DNA of 64,000 nt, taken from Arsenicibacter rosenii. Lineage in GTDB: Bacteria; Bacteroidota; Bacteroidia; Cytophagales; Spirosomataceae. The position numbers and the translations under genes were made by a program. A model generated the notes under the pieces. The model ran no database searches, had not been told where the DNA came from, and saw only the letters and a list, made by a program, of their open reading frames with translations. The stretch covers positions 81,736 through 145,735 of the forward strand of contig NZ_MORL01000005.1 in NCBI RefSeq assembly GCF_001870735.1. The letters run 5' to 3'. Shown piece after piece: positions 17,736 to 27,822 of the stretch (its first letter is position 1; every line of letters begins with the position of its first letter).

Positions 17736-19679
17736 ATGGAAGATAAAAGACATTTAGATACCGTATCGGGCGCGGGCATTCTGGTTGCGCTGGGCATCAT
17801 TTACGGTGACATCGGTACCTCCCCACTGTACACCCTCCGGGCCATTGTCGGGCCAAACAATGTTGTTGATGAAGATGTGGTCCGGGGCGCCGTCTCCTGC
17901 ATCTTCTGGACACTTACCATGCTGACAACCATCAAGTATGTGGTCCTGATCTTACGGGCCGATAACCGTGGTGAAGGTGGTATTTTTGCACTCTATGCGC
18001 TCGTTCGGCGACATGCCCGCTGGCTCACGGTACCGGCCATGATCGGCGGAGCCGCGCTCCTGGCAGATGGCATCATTACCCCGCCGATCTCCGTCTCCTC
18101 CGCTGTCGAAGGTCTCGAAATTCTTTATCCTGATATTCCGACAGTACCAATCGTTATCGGCATTCTGACATTCCTGTTTCTGATTCAGGCCTTTGGGACC
18201 AGCGTTGTCGGTACGGCATTCGGCCCGATCATGCTGGTTTGGTTTTCTATGCTGGCCACGCTGGGTGTCATACACATCTTCGATGACCCTACCATTCTGT
18301 ATTCGCTCAACCCTTACTATGCCTACAAAATGCTTACCGGCCATCCGGAAGGGTTCTGGCTGTTAGGCTCGGTATTTCTTTGTACGACGGGGGCCGAAGC
18401 ACTTTACTCGGATATGGGTCACTGTGGCCGGGGCAATATCCGGGTAAGCTGGGTATTTGTCAAAATCTGTTTATTGATCAACTATTTTGGTCAGGGCGCC
18501 TGGCTGATTACCCAAAACGGTCAAAACCTAAACGGCCGGATTCCGCTCTATGAACTGATGCCGGAATGGTTCCTGATCTTCGGGATCGTTATTGCAACAT
18601 CGGCCACCGTTATTGCCAGCCAGGCCCTGATCAGCGGTTCGTTTACCCTCATCAGCGAAGCCATCCGCCTGAATTTCTGGCCTAAAGTACGGTTACGGTA
18701 TCCGTCCGTTCAGAAAGGACAGCTATATGTACCGAGCGTAAACCTGTTACTGTGGATGGGCTGCGTCGGCATTACGCTCTATTTCCGCGAATCATCGAAC
18801 ATGGAAGCGGCCTATGGTCTGGCCATCACACTGACCATGCTGATGACGACCCTGCTCACGGCCTACTACCTCTATGTGAAGAAGTTTCAAGCCTGGGGCA
18901 TTGTCCTGTTCCTGGCCGTTTATCTGTCTATTGAAGGCTCTTTCCTGGTAGCCAACCTGATTAAGTTCCCGCACGGCGGCTGGGTGTCGCTGGTGATCGG
19001 GGCCACGATTGCTGCCGTCATGTACATCTGGCTGCGCTCGTTCCAGATTAAGCTGCGTCTGACCGAATATGTCCGGATTGACAGCTATCTGCAGACCATC
19101 AAGGAATTGAGCCGCGACATCAGCATTCCGAAATACGCGACGCACCTGGTCTTTATGAGCAACGCTGCCCGGCAATCGGAAATCGAGTCAAAAATCATTT
19201 ACTCCATCTTCCAGAAACGGCCGAAACGGGCCGATATTTACTGGTTTGTCCACGTTGATACAACCGACGATCCGTATACGATGGAGTATAAAGTCAATAC
19301 TCTGGCACCCGACGATGCCTATAAGGTCACTTTCCGGCTGGGCTTCCGGGTCGAACAGCGGATTAACCTCTTCTTCCGGAAAGTAATCGAAGACATGGTG
19401 CGGAACAAGGAGGTAGACATTACCAGCCGGTATGAGTCGCTGAGCCGTCAGAACGTCATTGGCGATTTCCGGTTTGTGGTACTGGAGAAATTCCTCTCTT
19501 TTGAAAACGACCTGCCGTGGAGCGAGCAGATCATCATGAATCTTTATTTCTTTATCAAGAGTTTTACAACGTCGGAAGACCGCTGGTTCGGGCTCGACAG
19601 CAGCTCCGTGAAGATCGAGAAAGTGCCGCTTATCATCCGCCCTGTCGAAAATGTTAAACTCAAACGCATCCAAAGCTAA
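17736..19679 (+). CDS. kup: KUP/HAK/KT potassium uptake transporter
   Basis: The GDIGTSPLYT signature with 12 TM helices and a C-terminal cytoplasmic domain. Confidence 0.9.
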   Translation: MEDKRHLDTVSGAGILVALGIIYGDIGTSPLYTLRAIVGPNNVVDEDVVRGAVSCIFWTLTMLTTIKYVVLILRADNRGEGGIFALYALVRRHARWLTVPAMIGGAALLADGIITPPISVSSAVEGLEILYPDIPTVPIVIGILTFLFLIQAFGTSVVGTAFGPIMLVWFSMLATLGVIHIFDDPTILYSLNPYYAYKMLTGHPEGFWLLGSVFLCTTGAEALYSDMGHCGRGNIRVSWVFVKICLLINYFGQGAWLITQNGQNLNGRIPLYELMPEWFLIFGIVIATSATVIASQALISGSFTLISEAIRLNFWPKVRLRYPSVQKGQLYVPSVNLLLWMGCVGITLYFRESSNMEAAYGLAITLTMLMTTLLTAYYLYVKKFQAWGIVLFLAVYLSIEGSFLVANLIKFPHGGWVSLVIGATIAAVMYIWLRSFQIKLRLTEYVRIDSYLQTIKELSRDISIPKYATHLVFMSNAARQSEIESKIIYSIFQKRPKRADIYWFVHVDTTDDPYTMEYKVNTLAPDDAYKVTFRLGFRVEQRINLFFRKVIEDMVRNKEVDITSRYESLSRQNVIGDFRFVVLEKFLSFENDLPWSEQIIMNLYFFIKSFTTSEDRWFGLDSSSVKIEKVPLIIRPVENVKLKRIQS

Positions 19680-19680
19680 T

Positions 19681-19748
19681 TGTGATTGAGTGAATGAACG
19701 ATTGAGTGACCTGGTAAACCATTTTCGCTCAATCGCTCAATTGCTCAA
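19681..19748. repeat. Imperfect inverted repeat built from GATTGAGTGA / CTCAAT units (intergenic kup to epimerase)
   Basis: tgATTGAGtgaatgaacgATTGAGtga ... tcgCTCAATcgCTCAATtgCTCAATtg. Confidence 0.3.
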
Positions 19749-20825
19749 TTGCCCAATAATCGTATGAAAATTCTAATCACAGGTGGGGCCGGGTTTGTGG
19801 GCTCTTCGTTAGCGATCTCGCTGAAAACAAATTACCCCGACTATCAGATCTTTGCGCTTGACAACCTGAAGCGCCGCGGCTCTGAGCTGAATATCGCGCG
19901 GTTGAAACAGGCCGGGGTTGAGTTTGTGCACGGCGACATCCGGAGCAAAGAAGATTTTGACTCACTGCCGGCAGTTGACACAGTCATTGAAGCCTCGGCC
20001 GAACCGTCGGTACTGGCGGGTCTGGACGGTACCCCTGACTATCTCATCAACACCAACCTGTTTGGTACGGTCAACTGCCTGAACTACGCCCTGAAGCATA
20101 AAGCCAACTTTATCTTCCTGTCGACCAGCCGGATTTATCCGATCAAAACGATTGAAACCCTGAATTATTCAGAGGCGGATACCCGTTTTGTACTGACAGA
20201 TGATCAGCCGGTGCCGGGTGTTTCTTCGAAAGGTATTGCCGAAAATTTCCCGCTCGACGGCGCGCGTTCGCTATACGGTACTACGAAACTGGCCTCGGAG
20301 TTACTGATTCAGGAATACAATGAGTTTTACGGACTGAAAACGGTCATCAACCGGTGTGGTGTGATCACGGGTCCGTGGCAAATGGGGAAAGTAGATCAGG
20401 GCGTCATGGTACTCTGGATTGCCAAGCATTATTTCGAACAGTCGCTGGCTTACATCGGATACGGCGGAACGGGCAAACAAACCCGCGACATGCTCCACGT
20501 AGCCGACCTGTACCGCCTGATCGACTGGCAGCTGCACAACATCGACGCGATCAACGGTGAAATTCTGAATGCCGGTGGCGGTGTTGAGAGCAGTGCTTCG
20601 CTACAGGAACTGACGCAAATCTGCCAGGAAGTAACGGGTAAAACCATCCCGATCAAATCGGTAACCGAAAACCGGGCGGCCGACATCCGGTTGTACGTCA
20701 CAGACAATACGAAGGTTACGGCCCTGACCGGCTGGAAGCCCGAACTCGGTATCAAAGAGATCGTCACCGATATTCACGCGTGGCTCGACGAAAACCGCGC
20801 GGCGCTGGAGCCGATTTTAAAGTAA
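19749..20825 (+). CDS. NAD-dependent epimerase/dehydratase (extended SDR) family protein
   Basis: ILITGGAGFVGSSL Rossmann motif, a YxxxK-type catalytic segment, length 358 aa. Confidence 0.8.
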   Translation: MPNNRMKILITGGAGFVGSSLAISLKTNYPDYQIFALDNLKRRGSELNIARLKQAGVEFVHGDIRSKEDFDSLPAVDTVIEASAEPSVLAGLDGTPDYLINTNLFGTVNCLNYALKHKANFIFLSTSRIYPIKTIETLNYSEADTRFVLTDDQPVPGVSSKGIAENFPLDGARSLYGTTKLASELLIQEYNEFYGLKTVINRCGVITGPWQMGKVDQGVMVLWIAKHYFEQSLAYIGYGGTGKQTRDMLHVADLYRLIDWQLHNIDAINGEILNAGGGVESSASLQELTQICQEVTGKTIPIKSVTENRAADIRLYVTDNTKVTALTGWKPELGIKEIVTDIHAWLDENRAALEPILK

Positions 20826-20845
20826 TCGGCTCTTACGTAGTTGTA

Positions 20846-20896
20846 GAAGACGAATTGATCTTATTTTGCAAAGCAGCACACGATCAATTCGTCTTC
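20846..20896. terminator. 15-bp perfect-stem hairpin between convergent genes
   Basis: GAAGACGAATTGATC ...21-nt loop... GATCAATTCGTCTTC. Confidence 0.55.
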
Positions 20897-20916
20897 CTGA
20901 ATAACCCCAAAGTCCC

Positions 20917-22287
20917 CTAATTTCCTGGCTCCTTTTTAGCAAGATTGTAGGAAATAGACAAAAAAGGAGAAAAACGATAGACTTTTTCGACAAAATCAGC
21001 CGTAGAAAGCGAACGATCATAGCTATCTCCCGCTTTATAGTAATCCTTTAGCTTATCTACCCATAATAAGCTCGCTCCCCCGCTAAATATCAGCTTTTGC
21101 GCTTTTCCTAAAACGGCCGAGATTCCGACGTAATAACTCACCTTGATATTATCCGTTGTAAAGTTCGTCCCAACCCCAAACATACCGCCGACTGCTAAGT
21201 TTTTGCCTATCCGGCTACACATATGCATCATGGCCGCTAACCCGGGCACCACTTTGTTTTGTGTTGTGGCATCTCTCAGTGTATTCAACGAGGTATTACT
21301 TTCAACTGCAGTTAACGTATAACTTTCAGAATTTGCTCTCCTGCCGAAAGAAAACGCCGGTCCTACACTGAAATCAATCTTCAATCCACTTTTTACCGGA
21401 ATCTCAACTTCTGCCACCTGCTTAGCTTCGTAGGGCAATAATGCATTAGTCTCCACGGGCTCTATCGTAACTTTAAACGTCAAAAAGTCGCCCGTTGCCT
21501 GGATAGGAGCCGAACTTACCATAAAATTTGCCGGATTGATCAGTGTGTTTTGTAAGACGGCTACATCTTTGGCCATTTTCAGCAGGTTTTCGTCATCATT
21601 TATTTTGTGATAGCCTTCTTCAAAACGTTCCAGCGCCATTGCAATACGTTTATCATCCGCCTCAGACGGAGTAGCTTTAGCCTCTTCCAGTGCTATTTCA
21701 TATTGCGTTTCGGCTGTCTGATATGTATTCCAGAACTCCTGAATACTGTTGTGCATACTACTTATGGAGAAAGCAGGACCTGGCATTGCACTCAACAAAT
21801 CAGTATGGGTTTGCCATTTTTGTTTTGAGACCATGATTAACTCGTTTCTTCTGAGTATAATCTTATTAACCGCCGACGCCTTATCAATGAAAGTTTTGCA
21901 TAGACTCACCAACACATCCATTTCCCGCTTTAAACCGGCAGCAGGTGCCACTCCAGCCAGGCTATTGGCAAGACTTGCCATATCTTCTTTCGCACCCGTG
22001 GCTTCAGCAACCCCTTCCGTTGTTTTAGCGGCTTTTTCCGTCGATTCTTCAAGCCCGAATAATTGCTGTAACACAACAGGCACTGATGTTACATATATCA
22101 CGTTAGCACCTTCTATGTTTACCTTATAGCGAAATGTGTTAATATTCTCTACCTTAAAGACAACCCTACTACCATTTTTTACAGGTCCTATGTTCTGGAA
22201 CCTCTGCGATTGGAAGTCATATGATTGCCCTGATGCGTACAGAATCGTGTAGCAGATAAGGAATATGGATAACAATATTTTTTTCAT
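20917..22287 (-). CDS. hypothetical secreted protein (signal peptide; start probably at the internal MKKILL)
   Basis: N-terminal MKKILLSIFLICYTILYASGQ signal, a helical/coiled-coil middle, and a C-terminus of alternating beta pattern. No family recognised. Lower GC than the flanks. Confidence 0.5.
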   Translation of the reverse strand: MKKILLSIFLICYTILYASGQSYDFQSQRFQNIGPVKNGSRVVFKVENINTFRYKVNIEGANVIYVTSVPVVLQQLFGLEESTEKAAKTTEGVAEATGAKEDMASLANSLAGVAPAAGLKREMDVLVSLCKTFIDKASAVNKIILRRNELIMVSKQKWQTHTDLLSAMPGPAFSISSMHNSIQEFWNTYQTAETQYEIALEEAKATPSEADDKRIAMALERFEEGYHKINDDENLLKMAKDVAVLQNTLINPANFMVSSAPIQATGDFLTFKVTIEPVETNALLPYEAKQVAEVEIPVKSGLKIDFSVGPAFSFGRRANSESYTLTAVESNTSLNTLRDATTQNKVVPGLAAMMHMCSRIGKNLAVGGMFGVGTNFTTDNIKVSYYVGISAVLGKAQKLIFSGGASLLWVDKLKDYYKAGDSYDRSLSTADFVEKVYRFSPFLSISYNLAKKEPGN

Positions 22288-22309
22288 GGCATACAAGAAT
22301 TGTCTGCAC

Positions 22310-23809
22310 TTAGGCAGGGAGTTCAATTGATGAACAAGGGGGTAAGATAGTTTTCAAAAACTGCATACTCGGAGTGAAGAAGTATTCGCCCCCCTTCAGG
22401 TGCACAAACTGCCCGAATGAGGCTCGTTTATCACTGGCAGGATTACTCCATTGGGTGAATAATACGCCTTCGCGGCTTCCCTTTCCCTGACCGATAACCG
22501 GATCAATACCATCTGCATGCTGCGGATCGGGGTTGAAGTTCGGGAAGCCTTCATTATTTACCCAGGAGCGCTGAATAAATTCAAACTGATTGGCAATACT
22601 TGCCTGATAGCTCATAAACAACAAGCCAACCTCTTTTTCAGGTTTGGTAAAAATGATACCGTCATTCGGATCATCATTCCGCTTACCGAACGGAATGCCG
22701 CGTCGAGCCATAATATGTGTCTTTGACTGTTGCATGCCACCAGCACCGGCAGGCATACCAGATCGCGGATTGGTTTTACGGATGTGTGCATGGTAGGGAC
22801 AGCGTGATGCATCAGCCGGGTCATAATCAAAATTATTAAATACCGCCCCATGAATCAGTTTCTCTTCGCCACGAACCTCAACCGGCGTTCCATCTTCAAA
22901 ACGGCCTACCAGCATGGCACCGGCCCGCTCCCGATCCTCATCTGTCAAACCTAACCCGGTTGCCAAATCTGCTTCGGCCTGTTTGAAGCCTTTTACGTTT
23001 TGCTCCAGTTTCCGGAAAACAAAACAGCTACCCAAGGCGTGTTTGTCGTTCGCAAAGACATCTTGTGTTAAGACAAGCTCAATGTCTGCCCGCGGGTCAA
23101 ATTTTATAAGTGCGGTATTCTTCAGTTCATCGTCACTTTTAAAAATACCATGGTTTTCCTTATAGGCATTCCACTCGTCTTCAAAAAATAAAGGTTGCGA
23201 GACACCGTCAACATATCCGAAGTGCTCAATGCCTGCCCCTTCATCATTAAAGATTGCTTCTCCTGTTTCAATGGTTGCCACAATACCAAACGACTGAATA
23301 TCTTCCTGAACGGCTGCTACCGCTACATCCAGTTCTTCCGGATTAGCGTGTGCCAGTAGTAGCATGAGATGAATATCACGCTGAAAGCCAGCCTCCCACT
23401 GATTGATCTCCGGATCACTAAGTTCAGCGACGCGTGCCTTCATACCGATGGCAAACGATGGATCAATTGAAACCAGCTTAGTATCTAAATCAGGATCGTC
23501 CGCAAACAAAAACCGATAACCAGCCGCGCTGATGTGAATACAGGCAAAAAGTCCGGTATCTATCTTGCCACCGCTGTCTTTGAAAAGCGCATTCGTACGA
23601 AGTTGCTCATAAGCGGATTTTACGGTGTCTGATTCCACCAGGTTTTTCAGCCACTTTTTAGCCTCTTTCCGAAGTTCAGGTGTTGATGCAGGCATCCCGG
23701 CAAACCGGATAAAGAGGTTAGCCGTATGATGGCGGCCATGTGATTTCAGGATATTGCCCTGAATGCCCTCGAGCAGGGTCTGGTGTTGCGGGTCAAATTG
23801 ATTTAACAT
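22310..23809 (-). CDS. DyP-type heme peroxidase family protein (long form, about 499 aa)
   Basis: N-terminal QGNILKSHGRHH..LFIRF segment, GRFEDGTPV (the DyP GxxDG motif), and AHIRKTNPR (proximal His / distal Arg region). Called from memory of the family. Confidence 0.65.
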   Translation of the reverse strand: MLNQFDPQHQTLLEGIQGNILKSHGRHHTANLFIRFAGMPASTPELRKEAKKWLKNLVESDTVKSAYEQLRTNALFKDSGGKIDTGLFACIHISAAGYRFLFADDPDLDTKLVSIDPSFAIGMKARVAELSDPEINQWEAGFQRDIHLMLLLAHANPEELDVAVAAVQEDIQSFGIVATIETGEAIFNDEGAGIEHFGYVDGVSQPLFFEDEWNAYKENHGIFKSDDELKNTALIKFDPRADIELVLTQDVFANDKHALGSCFVFRKLEQNVKGFKQAEADLATGLGLTDEDRERAGAMLVGRFEDGTPVEVRGEEKLIHGAVFNNFDYDPADASRCPYHAHIRKTNPRSGMPAGAGGMQQSKTHIMARRGIPFGKRNDDPNDGIIFTKPEKEVGLLFMSYQASIANQFEFIQRSWVNNEGFPNFNPDPQHADGIDPVIGQGKGSREGVLFTQWSNPASDKRASFGQFVHLKGGEYFFTPSMQFLKTILPPCSSIELPA

Positions 23810-23833
23810 GGGATCAATGGTTTGCGTTGGGAG

Positions 23834-24169
23834 TTACTGATTCGGTAAAGCTTTTTTCAACAGGCCTTCTATAAAATCGGTACCGGCATATCCGGCAGTA
23901 ATAATCGCCAGTTGTACTTCTTTCGTCGGCAGCTCATTATCCTGTGATAAACTGGCCAGGCAGCCAGCCACAAATCCGACAAAAAGCGACAGCCATATTT
24001 TTTTGCTGTCAAAGTGCTGATCAAATTCAGCTTTGGCATCATTGACCGTTCCCGCCGTATTAGCCACGGATTTCTCCTGTAGCTTTTTTAGCCCGACAAT
24101 CACCCGAATGCCTTGCCCAAGCAGGCCGAGCAGTCCGTATAATAACAGTTTCACTAAAATTTGATCCAT
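23834..24169 (-). CDS. small hypothetical membrane protein (2-3 TM)
   Basis: 111 aa, hydrophobic N-terminus. First gene of the transcription unit that continues into the DyP gene 25 bp downstream. Confidence 0.4.
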   Translation of the reverse strand: MDQILVKLLLYGLLGLLGQGIRVIVGLKKLQEKSVANTAGTVNDAKAEFDQHFDSKKIWLSLFVGFVAGCLASLSQDNELPTKEVQLAIITAGYAGTDFIEGLLKKALPNQ

Positions 24170-24359
24170 AGCTATAAAAGGTTAGAAGCAGAATGTACCG
24201 TTTTTTATCAGCGCCTGACGTAGTATCAATTAAGGCGGAAGGCCGCTAAACCCGCTGTGTAACTCTACCTCAAAGTTCATCACCTTACCTGCATACCTTA
24301 ATCCTTGATTATAAGTATTTTATATCCTATAATTTAAGGATATTCTGTTTGGTAAATAA

Positions 24360-26378
24360 ATGATAGCATGTATGTTTGCTGAAACCCACATGCTCATGAA
24401 AAAACTGTTACTTTTTTTCTGCCTGCTGACCCTCAACGGATTTGCCAAAACACCCCGTCCTGACAGTCTCAAACGAGTTTTAGCCACCTTCCACAAACAA
24501 CGCCCCGGACATACCCGTGATACCCTTCTGTATTTGACCATGAAGGAGCTCATGATCTACTATGACGAGCTGAACATGGATTCCTCGTTGCATTACAGCG
24601 ATCAGTTAATCAAATTCTGTCAACACCAAAAGCTTGACAGGGGCCTGCTATATGCCTATCTGTACGCCGGTTATCTGTACTCCTCAAACCGGAACTTCTA
24701 TCAAAGCATTGACATACACTATAAAGCCCTGACGTTAGCCAAAAAATTAAAGCAGTATACACGGCTAGCCCGGTCATACGGGGGATTAGCCCATGCGTAC
24801 TTAGGACTGGGGAAATATGAAGTTGCCCTGAGGTTTGGTAAACAGGGATTAGTCGTTTTACGTGAGCATCCTGACGCCGATACGCAGGCATCGATTCTCA
24901 ACGACCTTGGCGCTATATATCGTGAACAAGGGCGTTTGGCCGATGCGCTGAAAGTCAATGACAGCTTATACTCCTTTGCCCGAAAGCAGCGCTTACAGTG
25001 GCATGAAGCCCAGGGGTTACAAGCAATCGGATGGGTCTATAAAGAAATGGGGGATATGGCTCAAGCCCTTGCCTACAACAAAAAAGGATTGCTGGTAATA
25101 CGCCAGCAACGGGGTACTGACCTTGCAGGCCGTACCAATTTAGAAGCTAATATTCTGGCCAATATTGCCGGCGTGTACATTCGTATGAAACAATGGCCAC
25201 AGGCACTGGACTATTGCCGACAAGCGAAACAAACTGCACTAAACACACGGAATGGTACAGTACTGGCTGAAAGTGAAGAACAACGGTATAAAATCTTTAA
25301 AAACACAGGTCAGTTGGGCAACGCACTCACAGCCTATGAACATTATATAGTCCTGAAAGACAGTCTGGCTAAAGAAACAACCGACCAACGGATTGAACGA
25401 CTGAGCGCTCAGTATAAATATGAACAAAGCCAGAACGAACTGTTACTGAAACAAAACAAGCTTTATTCAACAGAAATCCACAACGAGCAGCTTGCATCCG
25501 GTAACAGACGCCTTGTGGCAGGCCTGATCATCATTCTTGTACTTGCAGTTCTGCTCTTATGGAACAACAGACGGTTACAGGCCAAAAACCGTGAAATCGA
25601 GCAGCAGCGGGTTTTGATTGAAGCTGCCCGAAAAGACCTGGCCGACATTAACCAAACACTGGAAAACCGGGTTGACGAACGCACCAAAGAACTGGTCAAT
25701 GCTAACCTGGAACTGATTCAGAAAAACGAAGAAATAAAAGCCGCTCTTTTTAAAGGACAAACGATTGAACGGAAGCGGGTTGCGCTGGAGCTTCATGATA
25801 ACTTAAGCAGTCTGCTCAGCGCTGTAAATATGAGTATGCAATCTATTAACCCCAAAAATCTGCCTGAGTCAGAAATAGCTATCTATCAAAACGTCAAACA
25901 CCTCATTCAAAACGCCTACACCGAAGTACGCAATATCTCTCATAACATTCTACCCGCCGAACTCGAACAAAAAGGACTCCCCGCTACGCTGACAACACTG
26001 ATTGATAAGCTTAACCAGAGTACCCCACTCCGGTTTTCGCTGACAATCACTGGTATTCACGACCGATTACCTGTAAAAATTGAGTACAATGTTTATATCA
26101 TTGTCTTTGAGCTCATTAACAATGCCATCAGACATGCACAGGCTACCCGGATTATCATTAGCCTGATCAGAAGCAATTTAGGCCTCGACTTATCAGTCAG
26201 AGACGATGGCATAGGCATGGGGCAGCACCATCCTAAACGGGGCATTGGTTTACAAAATATTCAAACCAGGCTAGATACATTAGGGGGTATACTTACCTTT
26301 ATACAGCCTCTGGAAAAAGGGACCTGGATAAATATAAAAATCCCCATTGAAACGTTTCAGGTCAATGGGGAGGAGTAA
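24360..26378 (+). CDS. TPR-repeat sensor histidine kinase (HisKA_3 + HATPase_c), NarL-partner type
   Basis: Signal peptide / TM, a TPR block, a TM helix and a coiled-coil, then the ELHDNLSSLLSAV H-box and a C-terminal ATPase with GIGL. The start may be the internal MLMKK at about 24396. Confidence 0.8.
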   Translation: MIACMFAETHMLMKKLLLFFCLLTLNGFAKTPRPDSLKRVLATFHKQRPGHTRDTLLYLTMKELMIYYDELNMDSSLHYSDQLIKFCQHQKLDRGLLYAYLYAGYLYSSNRNFYQSIDIHYKALTLAKKLKQYTRLARSYGGLAHAYLGLGKYEVALRFGKQGLVVLREHPDADTQASILNDLGAIYREQGRLADALKVNDSLYSFARKQRLQWHEAQGLQAIGWVYKEMGDMAQALAYNKKGLLVIRQQRGTDLAGRTNLEANILANIAGVYIRMKQWPQALDYCRQAKQTALNTRNGTVLAESEEQRYKIFKNTGQLGNALTAYEHYIVLKDSLAKETTDQRIERLSAQYKYEQSQNELLLKQNKLYSTEIHNEQLASGNRRLVAGLIIILVLAVLLLWNNRRLQAKNREIEQQRVLIEAARKDLADINQTLENRVDERTKELVNANLELIQKNEEIKAALFKGQTIERKRVALELHDNLSSLLSAVNMSMQSINPKNLPESEIAIYQNVKHLIQNAYTEVRNISHNILPAELEQKGLPATLTTLIDKLNQSTPLRFSLTITGIHDRLPVKIEYNVYIIVFELINNAIRHAQATRIIISLIRSNLGLDLSVRDDGIGMGQHHPKRGIGLQNIQTRLDTLGGILTFIQPLEKGTWINIKIPIETFQVNGEE

Positions 26379-26388
26379 AATGGTGCCG

Positions 26389-26808
26389 TTAATCTTGCTG
26401 TACTGATTCAATTTTATTGCATGTAGGAGGGTTTGTTGCATTCATACAAAACAACTGCTCCCCTTCAACCTTTTCTAAAATATGATTACTGGCTGAGCCT
26501 CTAAATTGTCTGCTGAAAGCATCAAAATCCACATGCTCCTCTAGTCGGGCATGCAGACTTAAGTTTTCAATATCAATAAAACAGCCATTGTTCTGACCTT
26601 TGTTTTCCGGATAGTTATTTTCCGCGAAAGAAATGGTCAATGGCAGCACAACCGTTTTCCCTGAAGAATCATAATCAAGTAAGGTAGCGGTTAAAATACC
26701 TTTCTCGCCGACTCCTATTCGTGCAGGCCCTTGAAACTTCACATAAACATACTTTTCGTCTTTTTCTTCTGGTTTTGTCTCTTCCTGCGTATTTTCTTCG
26801 TTTTGCAT
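26389..26808 (-). CDS. hypothetical protein (139 aa), acidic N-terminus
   Basis: Real-looking ORF with no recognisable family. Low GC. Confidence 0.4.
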   Translation of the reverse strand: MQNEENTQEETKPEEKDEKYVYVKFQGPARIGVGEKGILTATLLDYDSSGKTVVLPLTISFAENNYPENKGQNNGCFIDIENLSLHARLEEHVDFDAFSRQFRGSASNHILEKVEGEQLFCMNATNPPTCNKIESVQQD

Positions 26809-26839
26809 TTTTGTAGTGAGTTAATAGTGAATTATTTAT

Positions 26840-27481
26840 TTAAATAAGTTGAAATTTAATGGCGTATTTCACCAGACCGATGGTCGACTGCACGCCGAGC
26901 TTCTGCATCAGGTGCTTGCGATGTGTTTCAACCGTCGAGGGGGCAATAAAGAGCTTATCGGCAATCTGGGTTCCGGAATACTCCTGCGCGATCAGCCGTA
27001 AGACATCCAGTTCCCGTTTGGTTAAGGTGATGGTTGCCGGTTTATCAAGATCAGGCGAGAACTCTATACTAGGTTCACTGGCCAGCAGCCTCAGCACTTG
27101 GTCGCTGTAAAATTTACCGCCTTTGCTGATCATGGTCAGCGCCATTTCCAGTTCTTCCCGTTCGGCACTTTTCAATACATACCCGTCGGCTCCTGCCCGG
27201 ATCGCCTCCTTAATCGCATTTGGCTCGTCGGCAACGGTCAGCAGGCAGATACGAACGTGCGGAAACTGCTGCCGTAGCTGTAGTGTGAGTTCGATACCAC
27301 CCATAACGGGCATTTGCAGGTCAGAAACGATTAAATCAATATCAGGTTCAATCTCCAGGGCGGTCAGTACCTGCCGGCCATTGGTATGTTTCGACATGAC
27401 CTCAATGCCTTCGATACTTGCTAAAAGCAAAGCAAGGCTGTCCAGTAAAATCCGATGATCCTCGGCAACAAGAATGCGCAT
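26840..27481 (-). CDS. two-component response regulator, NarL/FixJ (LuxR-type HTH) family
   Basis: MRILVAEDHRILLDSL receiver domain, and a C-terminal LTKRELDVLRLIAQEYSGTQIADKLFIAPSTVETHRKHLMQKLG. Confidence 0.9.
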   Translation of the reverse strand: MRILVAEDHRILLDSLALLLASIEGIEVMSKHTNGRQVLTALEIEPDIDLIVSDLQMPVMGGIELTLQLRQQFPHVRICLLTVADEPNAIKEAIRAGADGYVLKSAEREELEMALTMISKGGKFYSDQVLRLLASEPSIEFSPDLDKPATITLTKRELDVLRLIAQEYSGTQIADKLFIAPSTVETHRKHLMQKLGVQSTIGLVKYAIKFQLI

Positions 27482-27822
27482 AAAGATGAATATATTTCAT
27501 TGATTTGCAAGATGATAAACTAATAGTTAATGATCAATCCCATAGTTACATCAACAAAAGCAAACAGGACCCTTATCCTCCGGGTATGTTAGATAACAGT
27601 TGTTTTTTTTGTAAAACTCCACCTTTATGCCGCGTTTTTCCCTCCCGAAGTTCTATGATTTTGTATCCTCAAATTCGGGGATATACGGTACAGGAAACGT
27701 AGACGTAAGTATAGTTTACCACCAGAGGTCTCCTTACCGCTCAGGCCATAAACAAACCTTTCTTCATTACAGGTGATTCTTTCATCTAAAACGTTTGCAG
27801 GCAATCCGATTTAAACGGATGT
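27482..27822 (+). promoter_or_regulatory. Long (340 nt) 5' leader of the TerC-family gene; candidate cis-regulatory RNA (possibly a yybP-ykoY Mn2+-type riboswitch), unverified
   Basis: TerC-family genes are a classic target of yybP-ykoY elements. The leader is long and contains GGGGATATACGG ... CCAGAGGTCTCC segments, but I could not align it convincingly by eye. Confidence 0.2.

Noticed and set aside
22310-23809. DyP peroxidase as encapsulin cargo
   Set aside because: No HK97-fold shell gene of about 270 aa is adjacent. The neighbour has a signal peptide and is 469 aa. The DyP C-terminus lacks a GSLxIGSLK-type targeting peptide.
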